64,000 nucleotides of DNA from Antedon mediterranea (lineage: Eukaryota > Animalia > Echinodermata), in contig NC_092678.1 of the NCBI RefSeq assembly GCF_964355755.1, positions 13,142,352 to 13,206,351 of the forward strand, given 5' to 3'. The notes under the pieces were generated by a model. It was not told the DNA's origin and did not search any database. It was given only the letters and a program-made list of their open reading frames with translations. Below, in pieces: positions 50,601 through 62,688 of this stretch (within the stretch, counting starts at the first letter, position 1; each line of letters opens with the position of its first letter). The position numbers and the translations under genes are program-made.

Positions 50601-52783
50601 GCGTTCAGTACAACCTGCTTAGTTTTTAATACGAGTACTGCTTTCTATACACATAACTTTGATTTCTGCAAAAAAAAAAAAAATCTCTGTAATAATGTAC
50701 TTTTTAATTACTGTAATAATCTAGGCGTAGATTATGTTGACCAGGCCAGTGAGAGGACGATCGACTGTACAGTACTAACATAAGTCCTCTAGGTGGATAC
50801 AACTTATTTCTTGTCTACAAAGTGTACAGTAGTATGCTAATAGTACATTATTAGTATACTATAGTTGGAGTAGTTTGGAGAGATACATCTATTTATAAGA
50901 GAGTACTTTATATTTATAGATATAATACCAATAGGTACCATGTATTGGGATGCAATTCAACAGTTATGAATAAAACAAACAACAAAAAACTCTGTATGCT
51001 TTTTTTCTAGCTGTGAAATAAATTTTGGGTGATTATTCCAGTATTTACAGTCTAAATTTGATCTTTATGCACCAATAGGCATAAATGATTTTTAAATTAA
51101 CCGGTATAAAAGCAAATTAGAAGCCATACATACTCTGTATGTTAGAGGAAATAAGCATAAGAGCAAATAAAGCCTTGACCACAGGATGGAATCAGTAGTA
51201 CACGACTGTACTTACGTGTGGGCTAGGAATGATGGTAGTGCCAGTATACAGTGTAATTTAGCCTCAAGGCAATACCATGTAGCTACATTAACTTGCAGAA
51301 ATACAGTAGAGATTTCATGAGACTTGGTGTGTGATGATTCAGTATGATAATTTGTGCTGTGAAAAAAAAAAATTGCTGAATTATGAAGACAATATTGTAA
51401 AATATAACAAGGAAATTATACTATAGTTACTATAATTAAGGGGTAACCGTAAAATATATAATAATAATAATAATAAATGCAATGGGAATTACTAATATTA
51501 TGTAAACAATACAATATTAAGTTAAATTCATAGGCCGATATTATTTTATTATTATAAGGAAATCTGTTTTTGAATGAGAAAAAGCCGTCCCAACCCAGAT
51601 TTGAACCCAGTATCAATAAAGCTATATAAACAGAATAGACCATTATTGTAGCCGGAATTTAGCGTAGACCTACTCGAGGCCTAGTAAGATTAGCTAGAAG
51701 AATACAGGTCAACCCGCAATTCCAACTGGTAACCAAATTTTGGTATATTCGTACCCAAAATGTTGGCTCGCACTCTAGCAATCATCAAGGGCTGGCTTGT
51801 ACTCTTCATGGGCTGACCAGTATCCATGTTTAATGCTATTAAAAGTTTTGGTACAGGTTAGCCAAAGTTGGTACGATTTGACCAATTATTTGAGTACGGG
51901 TTAGCCAAATTGGGTACGAGTTGGCATGGGTAGGTTGACCAGCACCCTAGAAAATGATAAGGGTCAACCCGTACCACTGTGCCAACTCGTTCCCATGCTA
52001 GAATACTACTTACAGGTTAGTTTAGCCTAGCTGGGCTAACCTACCTCACCTCTCACATGCCCTCCTGATAAGTAGGCCGAAAACGCGACCGAAATTACTG
52101 GAACTCTAGCATACTAGCTATGCCTAGATATTAGTGTCCCATCCGTAGTATAGTACCATGGAACTATAATAAATGGTAGACGTACTAGTACTGTGTAGTA
52201 TAGGCTAACACCTCTGGCTCTACGAGGCCTTTTTATGCTCATGGGATGGCTTTTTTGGGCGTCCCAATGTAGGCCTATGCCTATAGCTAGGACAGATTTC
52301 CCATTCCTGCAGGCCTGTAGCCTATGCTCTAGTAGGGCGGCCGGGTGTACCCTGGTCGATTCACCCCTGGTCGACTCGTACCCATGCCAACTCGTACTTA
52401 ACTTCCTACCCTAAACTCGTATCCAACCAAATAATTGGTTGATTTCCCGCTAGACTAGTAGTAGGCCTAGCCTAGCTACAATATTCATTATGCCCTGCTA
52501 AAAACGTAGATGAGCTACTAAACTAATTACGTAATTCGTATAATAATAACAATAATTGACAAGAAGGCCTAAAAGCGGCGGAAAACACCTATCCATTCTT
52601 GCATGGCAGTACGAAAACCTGCCTATCTATGGTTGTACAGTACATCATTGTAAATTGTCAACAGACACTGTGCTACAGACAGTGTACCGTGTGTTAAAAG
52701 TACAGCATTTATAGCAGACAACAACGTGTATAACTTGCTATAGTTTTACAGATAGCACATGTGGACAGTAGCAGAATCGGGTG
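44645..52783. repeat. 8.1-kb quasi-palindrome: arms ~44645-48551 and ~48737-52783, ~185-bp spacer
   Basis: Outer ends CACCCGATTCTGCTACTGTCCAC / GTGGACAGTAGCAGAATCGGGTG; inner ends ATGTTCAATATAGGTTGCTC / GAGCAACCTATATTGAACAT; reverse-complement matches seen at spot checks along the arms. Confidence 0.92.
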
Positions 52784-53169
52784 GGGAAACTATAGATCGA
52801 TGATTATTGGAATGTATGATCAATAGAAATTTCTTGCCCGCACCTGGCTTTTAAGTATACACAGTTTAAGTGTAGCATTGTGTAATTGTTATATTATTTG
52901 GCTTTAACTATGACTACATTCAGACATGGTATGGTGTAGTTGAAATATAGCAACTATAGCAGCTATAGCTGAGGTTTCAGGCAAGTGACCAATGTGTCAC
53001 AGTAGGATAGTGATATAACAGCTATCCCAAGGCTATTTGCAGCCTGTTTTGTATAGATGGTGTGAAGCAATTGCACAGGTATTTGTTTGCTGTTTATAAT
53101 ACCAAAGCTATCCCAAGGCTATTTTCAGCCTGGATATATCAATTATAGCAACTGTAAGTTATTTCCATG

Positions 53170-54022
53170 CTATTTATGCTGTATAAAGTATAGCACTTAC
53201 ACAGCTATTGAATTGCTATTAATTGCTATTATTGCTGTATCATATATAGCAATTATACAGCTATTTGTTTGCTATTATTTGCTATTATTGCTGTATCAGG
53301 TATAGCAATTATACAGCTATTTGTTTGCAACTATAGCAGCTATAGCTGAGGTTTCAGGCAAGTGACCAATGTGTCACAGTAGGATAGTGATAGAACACGA
53401 ATAGCAATTACACAGCTATTTGTTTGCTATTATTTGCTATTATTGCTGTATCAGGTATAGCAATTACACAGCTATTTGTTTGCTATTATTGCTGTATCAG
53501 GTATAGCAATTATACAGCTATTTGTTTGCTATTAGTTGCTATTTTTGCAATATACACAGCTATTTGTTTGTTATTAATTGCTATTATTGCTGCATCAAGT
53601 ATAGCAATTATACAGCTTTTTGTTCGCTATTATTTGCTATTATTGCTGTATCAGGTATAGCAATTACACAGCTATTTGTTTGCTATTATTTGCTATTATT
53701 GCTGTATAAGGTATTAGCAATTACACAGCTATTTGTTTGCTATTATTTGCTATTATTGCTGTATCAAGTATAGCAATTACACAGCTATTTGTTTGCTATT
53801 ATTTGCTATTATTGCTGTATAAGGTATAGCAATTACACAGCTATTTGTTTGCTATTATTGCTGTATCAAGTATAGCAATTACACAGCTATTTGTTTGCTA
53901 TTAATTGCTATTATTGCTGTATCATGTATAGCAATTACACAGCTATTTGTTTGCTATTAATTGCTATTATTGCTGTATCATGTATAGCAATTACACAGCT
54001 ATTTGTTTGCTATTTATTGCTA
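53170..54022. repeat. Minisatellite, ~56-bp unit with 46-bp variants
   Basis: TATAGCAATTACACAGCTATTTGTTTGCTATTATTTGCTATTATTGCTGTATCAGG repeated. Confidence 0.95.
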
Positions 54023-54059
54023 TGACCAATCCTGCGCCTTAGTGATGAGGGTATGTGTG

Positions 54060-57000
54060 AGCCAAAATGTTGGGTACGAGTTGGCATGGGTACGGGTTGA
54101 CCTGTATCCTTCTAGCTAATCTTACTAGGCCTAGTAGAGTAGGTCTACGCTACCCAGTCCGGCTACAATATGGTATTCTGTTTATAGCTTTATTGATAGC
54201 TTGGTTCAAATCTGGGTTGGGACGGCTTTTTGTCATTCTAAAACAGATTTCCTTATCATAATAAAATAATATATGAATTTAACTTATATATTGTATACAT
54301 AGTATTAGTAATTGCAATTTCATTTATTATTATATATTATACGGTTACCCCTTAATTATACTATAGTATAATTTCCTTGTTATATTTTACAATATTTTCT
54401 TCACAATTCAACAATTTTGTCTTTCACACCACAAATTATCATACTGAATCATCACACACCAAGTCTCATACATCTCTACTGTATTTCTCCAAGCTACTCC
54501 AACTACATGATATTTTCTTGAGGCTAAACTACAGTACACGGTATACTGGTACTACCATCATTCCTGGCCCGTCAACCTGGACCACATTACAGTATGGTCC
54601 AACACATAAGTACAGTCATACTACTGATTCTAAATAGTAAATTACACCCTGTGGTCAAGACTTTATTTGCTCTTATGCTTATTTCCTCTAACATACAGAG
54701 TACGTAGGGCTTCCAATTTGCTTTTATACCTGTTAATTAAAAAATCGTTTATGCCTATTGTTGCATAAAGTATCAAATTTAGACTGTAAATACTGGGATG
54801 ATCACCCTAAATTTTCTTTTTCAATTAACAATTTTATATTTCACAGCTAGAAAAACGCACTAAAGCATCATATAGAGATTTTTTATTCATAACTGTTAAA
54901 TTGCATCCCAATACATGGTACCTATTGGTATTATATCTAAAAATACAAAGGCAGCCAACACAGATAGTTTGATATATATACAGTACTCTCTTATAAATAG
55001 ATGTATCTCTCCAAACTACTCCAACTACCTAATCATAATAATAGTACTATTAGTATACTACTGTAAACTTTGTAGACAAGAAATAAATTGTATCCCCCTA
55101 GAGAAAATATGGAAGTACAGTCGGTTGTCCTCTCACTGGCCCGATGAGAGGCCAATGATGTTTTTAAGCAAAATTCTATCATAATTACCTAATTGGTAAT
55201 GTTCAATGTGTTATTTATTGAAGTGCTTTGAATACGTTGATGGAATTTGGAGGTAATAATATTTATTAATAAATTAATAGAAAACTAGAGAGGGTGCTTT
55301 TCGACAAGAAAATGAATGTTTTTTATGTGTGTTATTTTTCCGCTCGAGTTTATTCAATGTACTGTAATATACACTGTTACATACTATTTATTGGGAAGTA
55401 ATTATTTCTGTGTGAATCTTCATGAAGTTGTTTGAAAGCCTATACTCTTACTTCTTTATACATATAAATACACCTCGCATCACCAACCTCCAACACACCA
55501 TATTCTGCCCACACACACTTCATCTCCTGAACTAACATAGTACAGTATAATTCAAATCAATTGTTTTAAATGTTTTTTATTGAAATCAATCAGCCTCAAA
55601 AAATATTATAATAGTAACAATAACAGAAAGGTAGATATGTATTTTAATAATTTTTAAATAAAAAAATGAAAAAAAAAATGAATAAATGTTTATACATACA
55701 TTATAAAAGTAATACAATAACTACTATTTTAGTAATGCATACACAAGTACAGAATATCAGAAATCCATGAATTATGTGTCTCAATATGGCATTATTAGGC
55801 TAATTTGCTTTGAGAAAAACATCAATGCCATTGGCCTATACAAACATTCAATGCAATAAGACAAAATAGTTACATAAACAATTAATACTAATATTGGTAG
55901 GCATAAAATAATAGTGTATATAAACTTTCTTTAAATATAAACAGTATAGCCTTACCAATTTATTTAATACATAATATATGAACTATATTACCACAAAATA
56001 AATATAAATGAATTTATAAGGACATGATGATTATCAAAAATAGTCAATATAATTTAATATTATGTTCATATTATTATAATTATTATATCATATAGATTTT
56101 CAAAAACATAGTTTGGTAACATTTAGTTTCTGTTAGATATCAGACCTTTAATACTTGGAAATAACCTATACTAACTATAAAACATTCTTCTTTTCAATGC
56201 AGTATGCATATGTAGATACAGTACACCTATATAGGCTAGTCAATCTAGCAAAAAAAACAGCCCAAAGTGAAACAAATTGCAAACAGAGATTTTTCTTTTT
56301 TAAATAGTCATATATGATGAGGAGATCAAAATTTGAGCATCACACCTCTGTCACTCATCTCGATGATATGCAAATTAGCTTAAATATGCAAATTAGGGTG
56401 AAATTACAAGGTTACCATATCTCAAAAACTACTAGTCCGAGAGAGTTGATTTTTTCACTGATCTATTCAAAATGTATATATTTATATTTACTCTAATGAA
56501 ACATTTTACGAAAAAATGACCGGAAGTACAACATTTGACCTTCGACCCCATTTCTCAATGTTTGCATATACAATGTGACTAAAATGTCTGTAGAGACTTT
56601 ATTGTGCCCTCAAATGACCCAGACATAGGTTCCTAATAGCCAGCATAGGATCACTTTGTAATTCCCAAAATCACACCTTTGTCAGACACCTCGAAAGTAT
56701 GCAAATTAGTAGTACAATTTAAATAAAATATACAAATAAGGGGAAAAAATTACAGTTGTCCTATATCTCAAAAACCACTAATGCTAGAGAGCTGATTTTT
56801 TCACAGCCGTATTCAAAATGTACATATTTCTATTTGCTCCAATGAAACATTTTACAAAAAATTGACCGGAAGTATGACATTTGACCCTCGACCCCATTTC
56901 TCAATATTGCATATATAAATGAAACTAAAATGTCTGTAGAGACTTTGTTTTGCCCTCAAATGACTCCGATACAGGTTTCTAATAGCCAACATAGGACTGT

Positions 57001-59777
57001 TTAGTAGATCTCAAAATCACACCTGTATCACTCACCTCCAAAGTATGTAAATTATTAGTACAAGTTACATGAAATATGCAAATTAGAGGGTGAAATTAAG
57101 GGTTCCTGTATATCAAAAACCACTAAGGCTAGAGAGTTGATTTTTTCAATAACTTGTTCAGAATGTACATATTTATATTTACTCTAATGAAACATTTTAC
57201 GAAAAAATGACCGGAAATACAACAATTGACCCTCGACCCCATTTATTAATGTTTGCATACATAATGCGACTAAAATGTCTGTAGAGACTTTGTTTTGGAC
57301 TCAAATAACTCGGATACATGTTTCCTATAGTCAGCATAGGACCGCTTTAATTCCCAAAATCACGCCTTCGTTTTGGCATGGTTGGAATTCCCTTTTTTCG
57401 TATTAGTTTATGTACAGCGCTTAGAGGTTACACAACATTAGGCGCTATATAAATCTAGGATATTATTATTATTTCTCAATATTTGCATATAATGCAACTA
57501 AAATGTATGTACATACTTTGTTTTGGCCTCAAATGACTTGGATACAGGTTTTATATAGCCAGTATAGGATCGTTTAGTAATTCCAAAAGTCAAGCAACTC
57601 GAAAGTATGCAAATTATTAGTACAAGTTATACGAAATATGCAAATTACAGCCTTATGTATCTCGAAAAACGCTAATGACCGATAGAGATATGGCAACTTT
57701 CACCTCTTGTACTACTAATTTGCATATTTTCTAGGGAAGTAACAAAGGTGTGATTTTGAGAATTACTACAGTTCTATGCTGGCTATAGAAAACCTGTATC
57801 TGAGTCATTTGAGGCCAAAACAGTCTGTACAGATATTTTAGTTGAATTATATGAAAATATTGAGAAATAGGGTCAAGGGTCCAATGTCATAATTCAATCA
57901 AGACAATTTTTGCATAAAATGTTTCATTACAGCGAATATAAATATGTACATTCTGAATCAACTCTGAATTCAAATCAACTCTCTAGCATTAATGGTTTTC
58001 GAGATATGAAAAGACTGTAATTTCACCCCTAATTTGCATATTTCATGTAACTTGTACTAATAATTTGCATACTTTCAAGGTATGTGACAAAGATGTGATT
58101 TTTGGAATTACAAAGAGGTCCTATGCTGACAATAGGAAAACTGTATCCGAGTCATTTGAGTCCAAAAAAATTATCTACAGACATTTTAGTCGCATTATGT
58201 ATGCAAACATTGATAAATAGGGTCAAGGGTCAATTGTTGTATTTCCGGTCATTTTTTCGTAAAATGTTTCATTAGAGCAAATATAAATATGTACATTCTG
58301 AACAAGTTTTTGAAAAAATCAACTCTCTACCTAGCGGTTTTCGATACATATAGGAACCTGTAATTTCACCCCCTAATTTGCATATTTCATGTAACTTGTA
58401 CTAATAATTTGCATACTTTGAAGGTGAGTGATACAGGTGTGATTTTGAGATTTACTAAACATTCCTATGTTGGCTATTAGAAACCTGTATCCGAGTCATT
58501 TGAGGGCAAAACAAAGTATCTACAGACATTTTAGTTTTCATTATATATGCAATATTGAGAAATGGGGTCGAGGGTCAAATGTCATAGTTCCGGGCATTTT
58601 TTTGTAAAATGTCTCATTACAGCAAATATAAATATATACATTTTAAATATTTTAGTGAAAAATCAACACTCTAGCATAAGCGGTTTTCGAGATATGGCAA
58701 CGCTGTAATTTCACTCCCTAATTTGCATATTTAATATTACTTGTACTACTAATTTGCATACTTTCGAGGTGCGTGACGAAGTTGTGATTTTAGGAATTAT
58801 AATACAGTTCTATGGTGGGTATTGAAAAACAATATCCAAGTAATTGAGTCCAAAATAAAGTCTTTACAGACATTTTAATCACATATTTATGTAAATATTG
58901 AGAAATGGGGTCAAGGGTCAAAATTTGCTACTTCCGGACATTTTTATGTAAAATGTCTCATTAGAGCAAATATAAATATATATATTCTGAACCAGACTGT
59001 GCAAAAATGAACTCTCTACGATTAGTAGTTTTTAAGATATGGTAACCCTGTAATTTCACCCTAATTTGCATATTTAAGCTAATTTGCATACCTTCGGGAT
59101 GAGTGTCAGAGGTGTGATGCTCAAAAAATAATCACCTTATCATATGTAACCATTTAAAAAAAAAAAATCTCTGTTTGCAATTTGTTTCACTCAAAATGCT
59201 AGATTGACTAGCCTAATATTGTAAGAACATAATTTCAATAATTTCTTTGTTAGCTATCAACCTAGGGGTTAAGTAATTAGGAAAACATTGGTTTATTTTT
59301 ATATAAATTATATGTACAGAAATTCGTTCTTCTAGCCTCAGATCATTCCTGAAGTTAGACATAAATCACCCAAATTAGTATTAAGTAATGGATATTAGAT
59401 GAAGTACAGTACAAATACATGTTTCAGGAGGATAATTTATGTTAAAAAGGTGATAATTAGTTTAAATTTTACCCCGATGAACTTTATTCAATTACCAGGT
59501 TGAAGTATGGTGAAAACACTACTATATGGCAGAATAAATGTACTCATGTAGAACACAGTCAGTTCTACCAAGGTTAGAGGTGTGCTACAATTTTAGAAGT
59601 GGAAACATGACTTTTTCAATATAGTAAACAGCATTATAAATACAATTTTAAAAAGATGAGAATGCAAGTAAATATTAGATTCATAGTCCTCATTATGTAC
59701 AATGATTTTCTACTATCACACATATTAAAATATAAAAAACAATCATGTAGCCTTTAATGGATTTACATGGAGGTCTG
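54060..59777. repeat. Third, rearranged copy of the palindrome-arm sequence, interrupted by 56234-59213
   Basis: 54180-55140 matches 45540-46465 (direct); 55155-56232 and 59214-59777 match 48815-50506 (direct). Confidence 0.85.
56234..59213. mobile_element. 3-kb foldback transposon with long TIRs built from ~345-bp tandem units
   Basis: Termini GGCTAGTCAATCTAGCA / TGCTAGATTGACTAGCC; unit marker TGACCGGAA..TTGACC.TCGACCCCATT at ~56517, 56863, 57208 and inverted on the right arm; empty site at ~49951-49965. Confidence 0.88.
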
Positions 59778-59784
59778 TGGAGCC

Positions 59785-60640
59785 GTGAAATGTGCAAAAA
59801 GTCACATTTGTGCTAACAACCACATTTGTGCAAACATTTTACCTTCAAATGTGCAAACAACCACGTTTGTGCAAACATTTTACCTTCAAATGTGCAAATC
59901 TGTAAAAATTCATTACCCGCAAATGTGCAAACATCTCGCCGTTAAATGTAAAACCGATGTGCAAAGGGTATTCTACAAATGTGCAAGTCATTTCTTCAGT
60001 CAAATTTGTATTACATTTTATATTTTTGGTTCCTAGGTCTTTCAGAGTAGAAATAACAATAGGAAAGTCTAATAAATCTAAAATGTTCAATATCATAATA
60101 ACTAATTATACTGTCGTATTTTATTAGTATCAAAGTCTTTAACCCGTCTCAGCCAAATTCAAGTCGACCCCAAGTTAACTTGCCCTCAAATCAATTCGGC
60201 CACAAGTCCCTCGGCCTCACGTCAACTCGGCCACGTTAAAGTATGAAACGCAAAAAGTGCAAATGAATGGGACAAAATCAGTCTAATGAACAGAAGAAAA
60301 ATAATAAAAACGAAGTAGGCCTACTCATGTTATAGGGATGAATATTAGTATGAATGTGAATATTATATGCACGATTCAAAATAACGCAAAGATTTCGCAA
60401 TTTGAACTGCACAAGCTTGTTTATTTTGAAATTGCGCAATTTTAAAAACATGTTATTCTTTTAATGCGTTACTTGCATTATTCTTCTTCTGTTCATTATA
60501 CTGATTTTGGTTGAAGAAAATAATTTGCACATTTGTTTATTATATCAGTCCTATTTATTTGCACTTTTTGCGTTCCAAACTTTAATGTGGCCGAGTTGAT
60601 CGATTAGTTTTTGGCCGAGTTAACGTGAGGCCGAGTTGTT
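59785..60640. repeat. MITE-like element with AAATGTGCAAA repeats and an internal inverted repeat (60220-60330 / 60480-60600)
   Basis: AACTCGGCCACGTTAAAG..GCAAAAAGTGCAAAT versus ATTTGCACTTTTTGCG..CTTTAATGTGGCCGAGTT. Confidence 0.6.
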
Positions 60641-60649
60641 TTTGTTGTT

Positions 60650-60912
60650 GTTATTTTACTTATTTAGTTTAACCCATGTTATGTAAATTTTTTATATTGT
60701 TATTTCTTTATTTTTTTAATTCATTTATTTATTTATTTATTTTCTTTTTCCGTGTTGTTTTTATCTAATCTTTGTTTAGGCATGTCTGTCACAAGCTTTT
60801 TGCTTTTTTGATCATGCCTTCTTCAATCATATTACCTTTCTTTACACCATTTTGTTGACTGTTTTATTTTGAAGAAAATAAATGTTACTTTGACTTTGAC
60901 TTTGACTTTGAC
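60650..60912 (+). mobile_element. LINE/SINE 3' tail ending in (TTTGAC)n
   Basis: ACAAGCTTTTTGCTTTT stem-loop region, AATAAA, then four TTTGAC units. Confidence 0.55.
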
Positions 60913-61986
60913 TTACATGAATAGGCCTATGATCTGAATCACAAACATTTCTATTTCACTTTATTTTTGTGTCATCTAATATTAAATGATAGACCATACT
61001 GCAAACGAGTGTCGATTAATGCAAGTTAAGTGCACTAACAAGAACAAATCTATCTATTTTGTATGGAAGGCTGCACTCAATTTTAAGTTTATCTGGAGAT
61101 ATTTAGCTTTTAAAACGTATTCACGGAATTTTTACTATGTTTAAAATTAATTTAGTAATTAAATAGTATATAGTGTATGGTAATGATAGTTTATTATTAT
61201 CGGTCTTATCATATCTTTATTACGTTTTACTAAGGCAAGAAAGGCGTATCATTATTTTGGTCACATGATCGATGTAAACACGTCACCCGCGGAGCTACAA
61301 ATTGGAAGGATGGTCATTCCATATTAAATTTACGGCGAAATTATGTTTCTTTGTCTTTTGTTTTTGACCCCATTTAAAAATTAAATGTTTTGGTGTGATG
61401 TTACTTACAAAAATCATCCAAATAATCAATAAATAAGGACAAGAATGAATTATGACCGGAAGAACACGCCGCGGAATGTTCAAACGTTTCTATTCCAGTA
61501 CGAATACTACTTTCAATTACAACCTAACTATCTCATATTATTGCATCTTGCATAACACTCAACATCTCCTTACCACAATACTAATTTATGGTATGTGGTA
61601 CTGGTATTTGTTACGTTTAATAGTCCTTTTATGATACACTGGCTTCGAATGTTGATAATTTTATTTTATTTTACGAACAAATTTAAGTAAACTTACCAAT
61701 TTGATGTTTACCACTTCGAGTGAATATTTTGAAAACATTCGAAAGCACATACATATGTGTCTTTGCTATACTAAAATAACTTCCCAGTTGGCTACATCAT
61801 CATCGGAATCACTCCGGAAATAAGGGAATTCACAGAAAATTGATATTTTTCAGTCTACGTTCACAGCATAACACCAGCAAAACATTTCATTTCAATTTCT
61901 TTGAGTATTATTTATCATTGCAAAACTAAAATGATTTGCTGCAATAACCTGTATGATTTAACTTCATGATTATAATTTCTTGATAG

Positions 61987-62091
61987 GACGGAAACACCCC
62001 GCTGCATGAATATATGCGTTCAAATGAACCTACCTTAGAATTAGTGAACTACCTCACGGAACAAGGTGCATCCGTATCAGCACTAAATAAG
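61987..62091 (+). CDS. Ankyrin exon (cluster 3), identical to 3340-3444
   Basis: tag|GAC...AAG|gtaata. Confidence 0.88.
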
Positions 62092-62583
62092 GTAATATGG
62101 GCTAGAGATAATTTATATGATTACACCTAACGTACGTATGATCTGGGCCGGAAACAGATCTTATCCACTTTATTTTATTTATTTTGATTGAGTTATTTAT
62201 ACTTACTTGCTGCAATAAATATTTAGTAGTAATTAAAAAAGATCCTACAGTTATTGTGATATTGGTATATTGTTCAATGAAATTATTAATTTACCTATGT
62301 TTTATGTGGACATGTCATTATAAAATGGTTGAATTTAGGATCATGACTGAAAGCAATATATAAACTACACGGGCGGTTATGATTTCTTTTATCACTAAAA
62401 CTGCAAAATAATGGGAATGCACATACAATTTATATAATTAATTCGGTCTACGTTCACAAAATATGCACCAGCAAAACCTTTTATTTTAACTTCTTTGTGT
62501 ATTATTTATCATTACTTTAGTATAATTATTTGCTGCAATACACTGTATGTATAAACTTCGTGATAATAATTTGTTCTCTATAG

Positions 62584-62688
62584 GACGGAAACAGCCCGTT
62601 GCATGAATACATGCGTTCAAATGAACCTGCCTTAGATGTAGTAAACTATCTCACGAAGCAAGGTGCATCAATAACAGCACTAAATAAG
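62584..62688 (+). CDS. Ankyrin exon (cluster 3), identical to 3937-4041
   Basis: tag|GAC...AAG|gtaata. Confidence 0.88.

Noticed and set aside
53087-53773. Hydrophobic repetitive ORFs resembling membrane proteins
   Set aside because: They are translations of a 56-bp minisatellite
3340-62688. Regularly recurring ~105-bp repeats as a CRISPR-like array
   Set aside because: They are spliceosomal coding exons with AG/GT ends; the intervening DNA is homologous intron rather than unique spacers, and there are no cas genes
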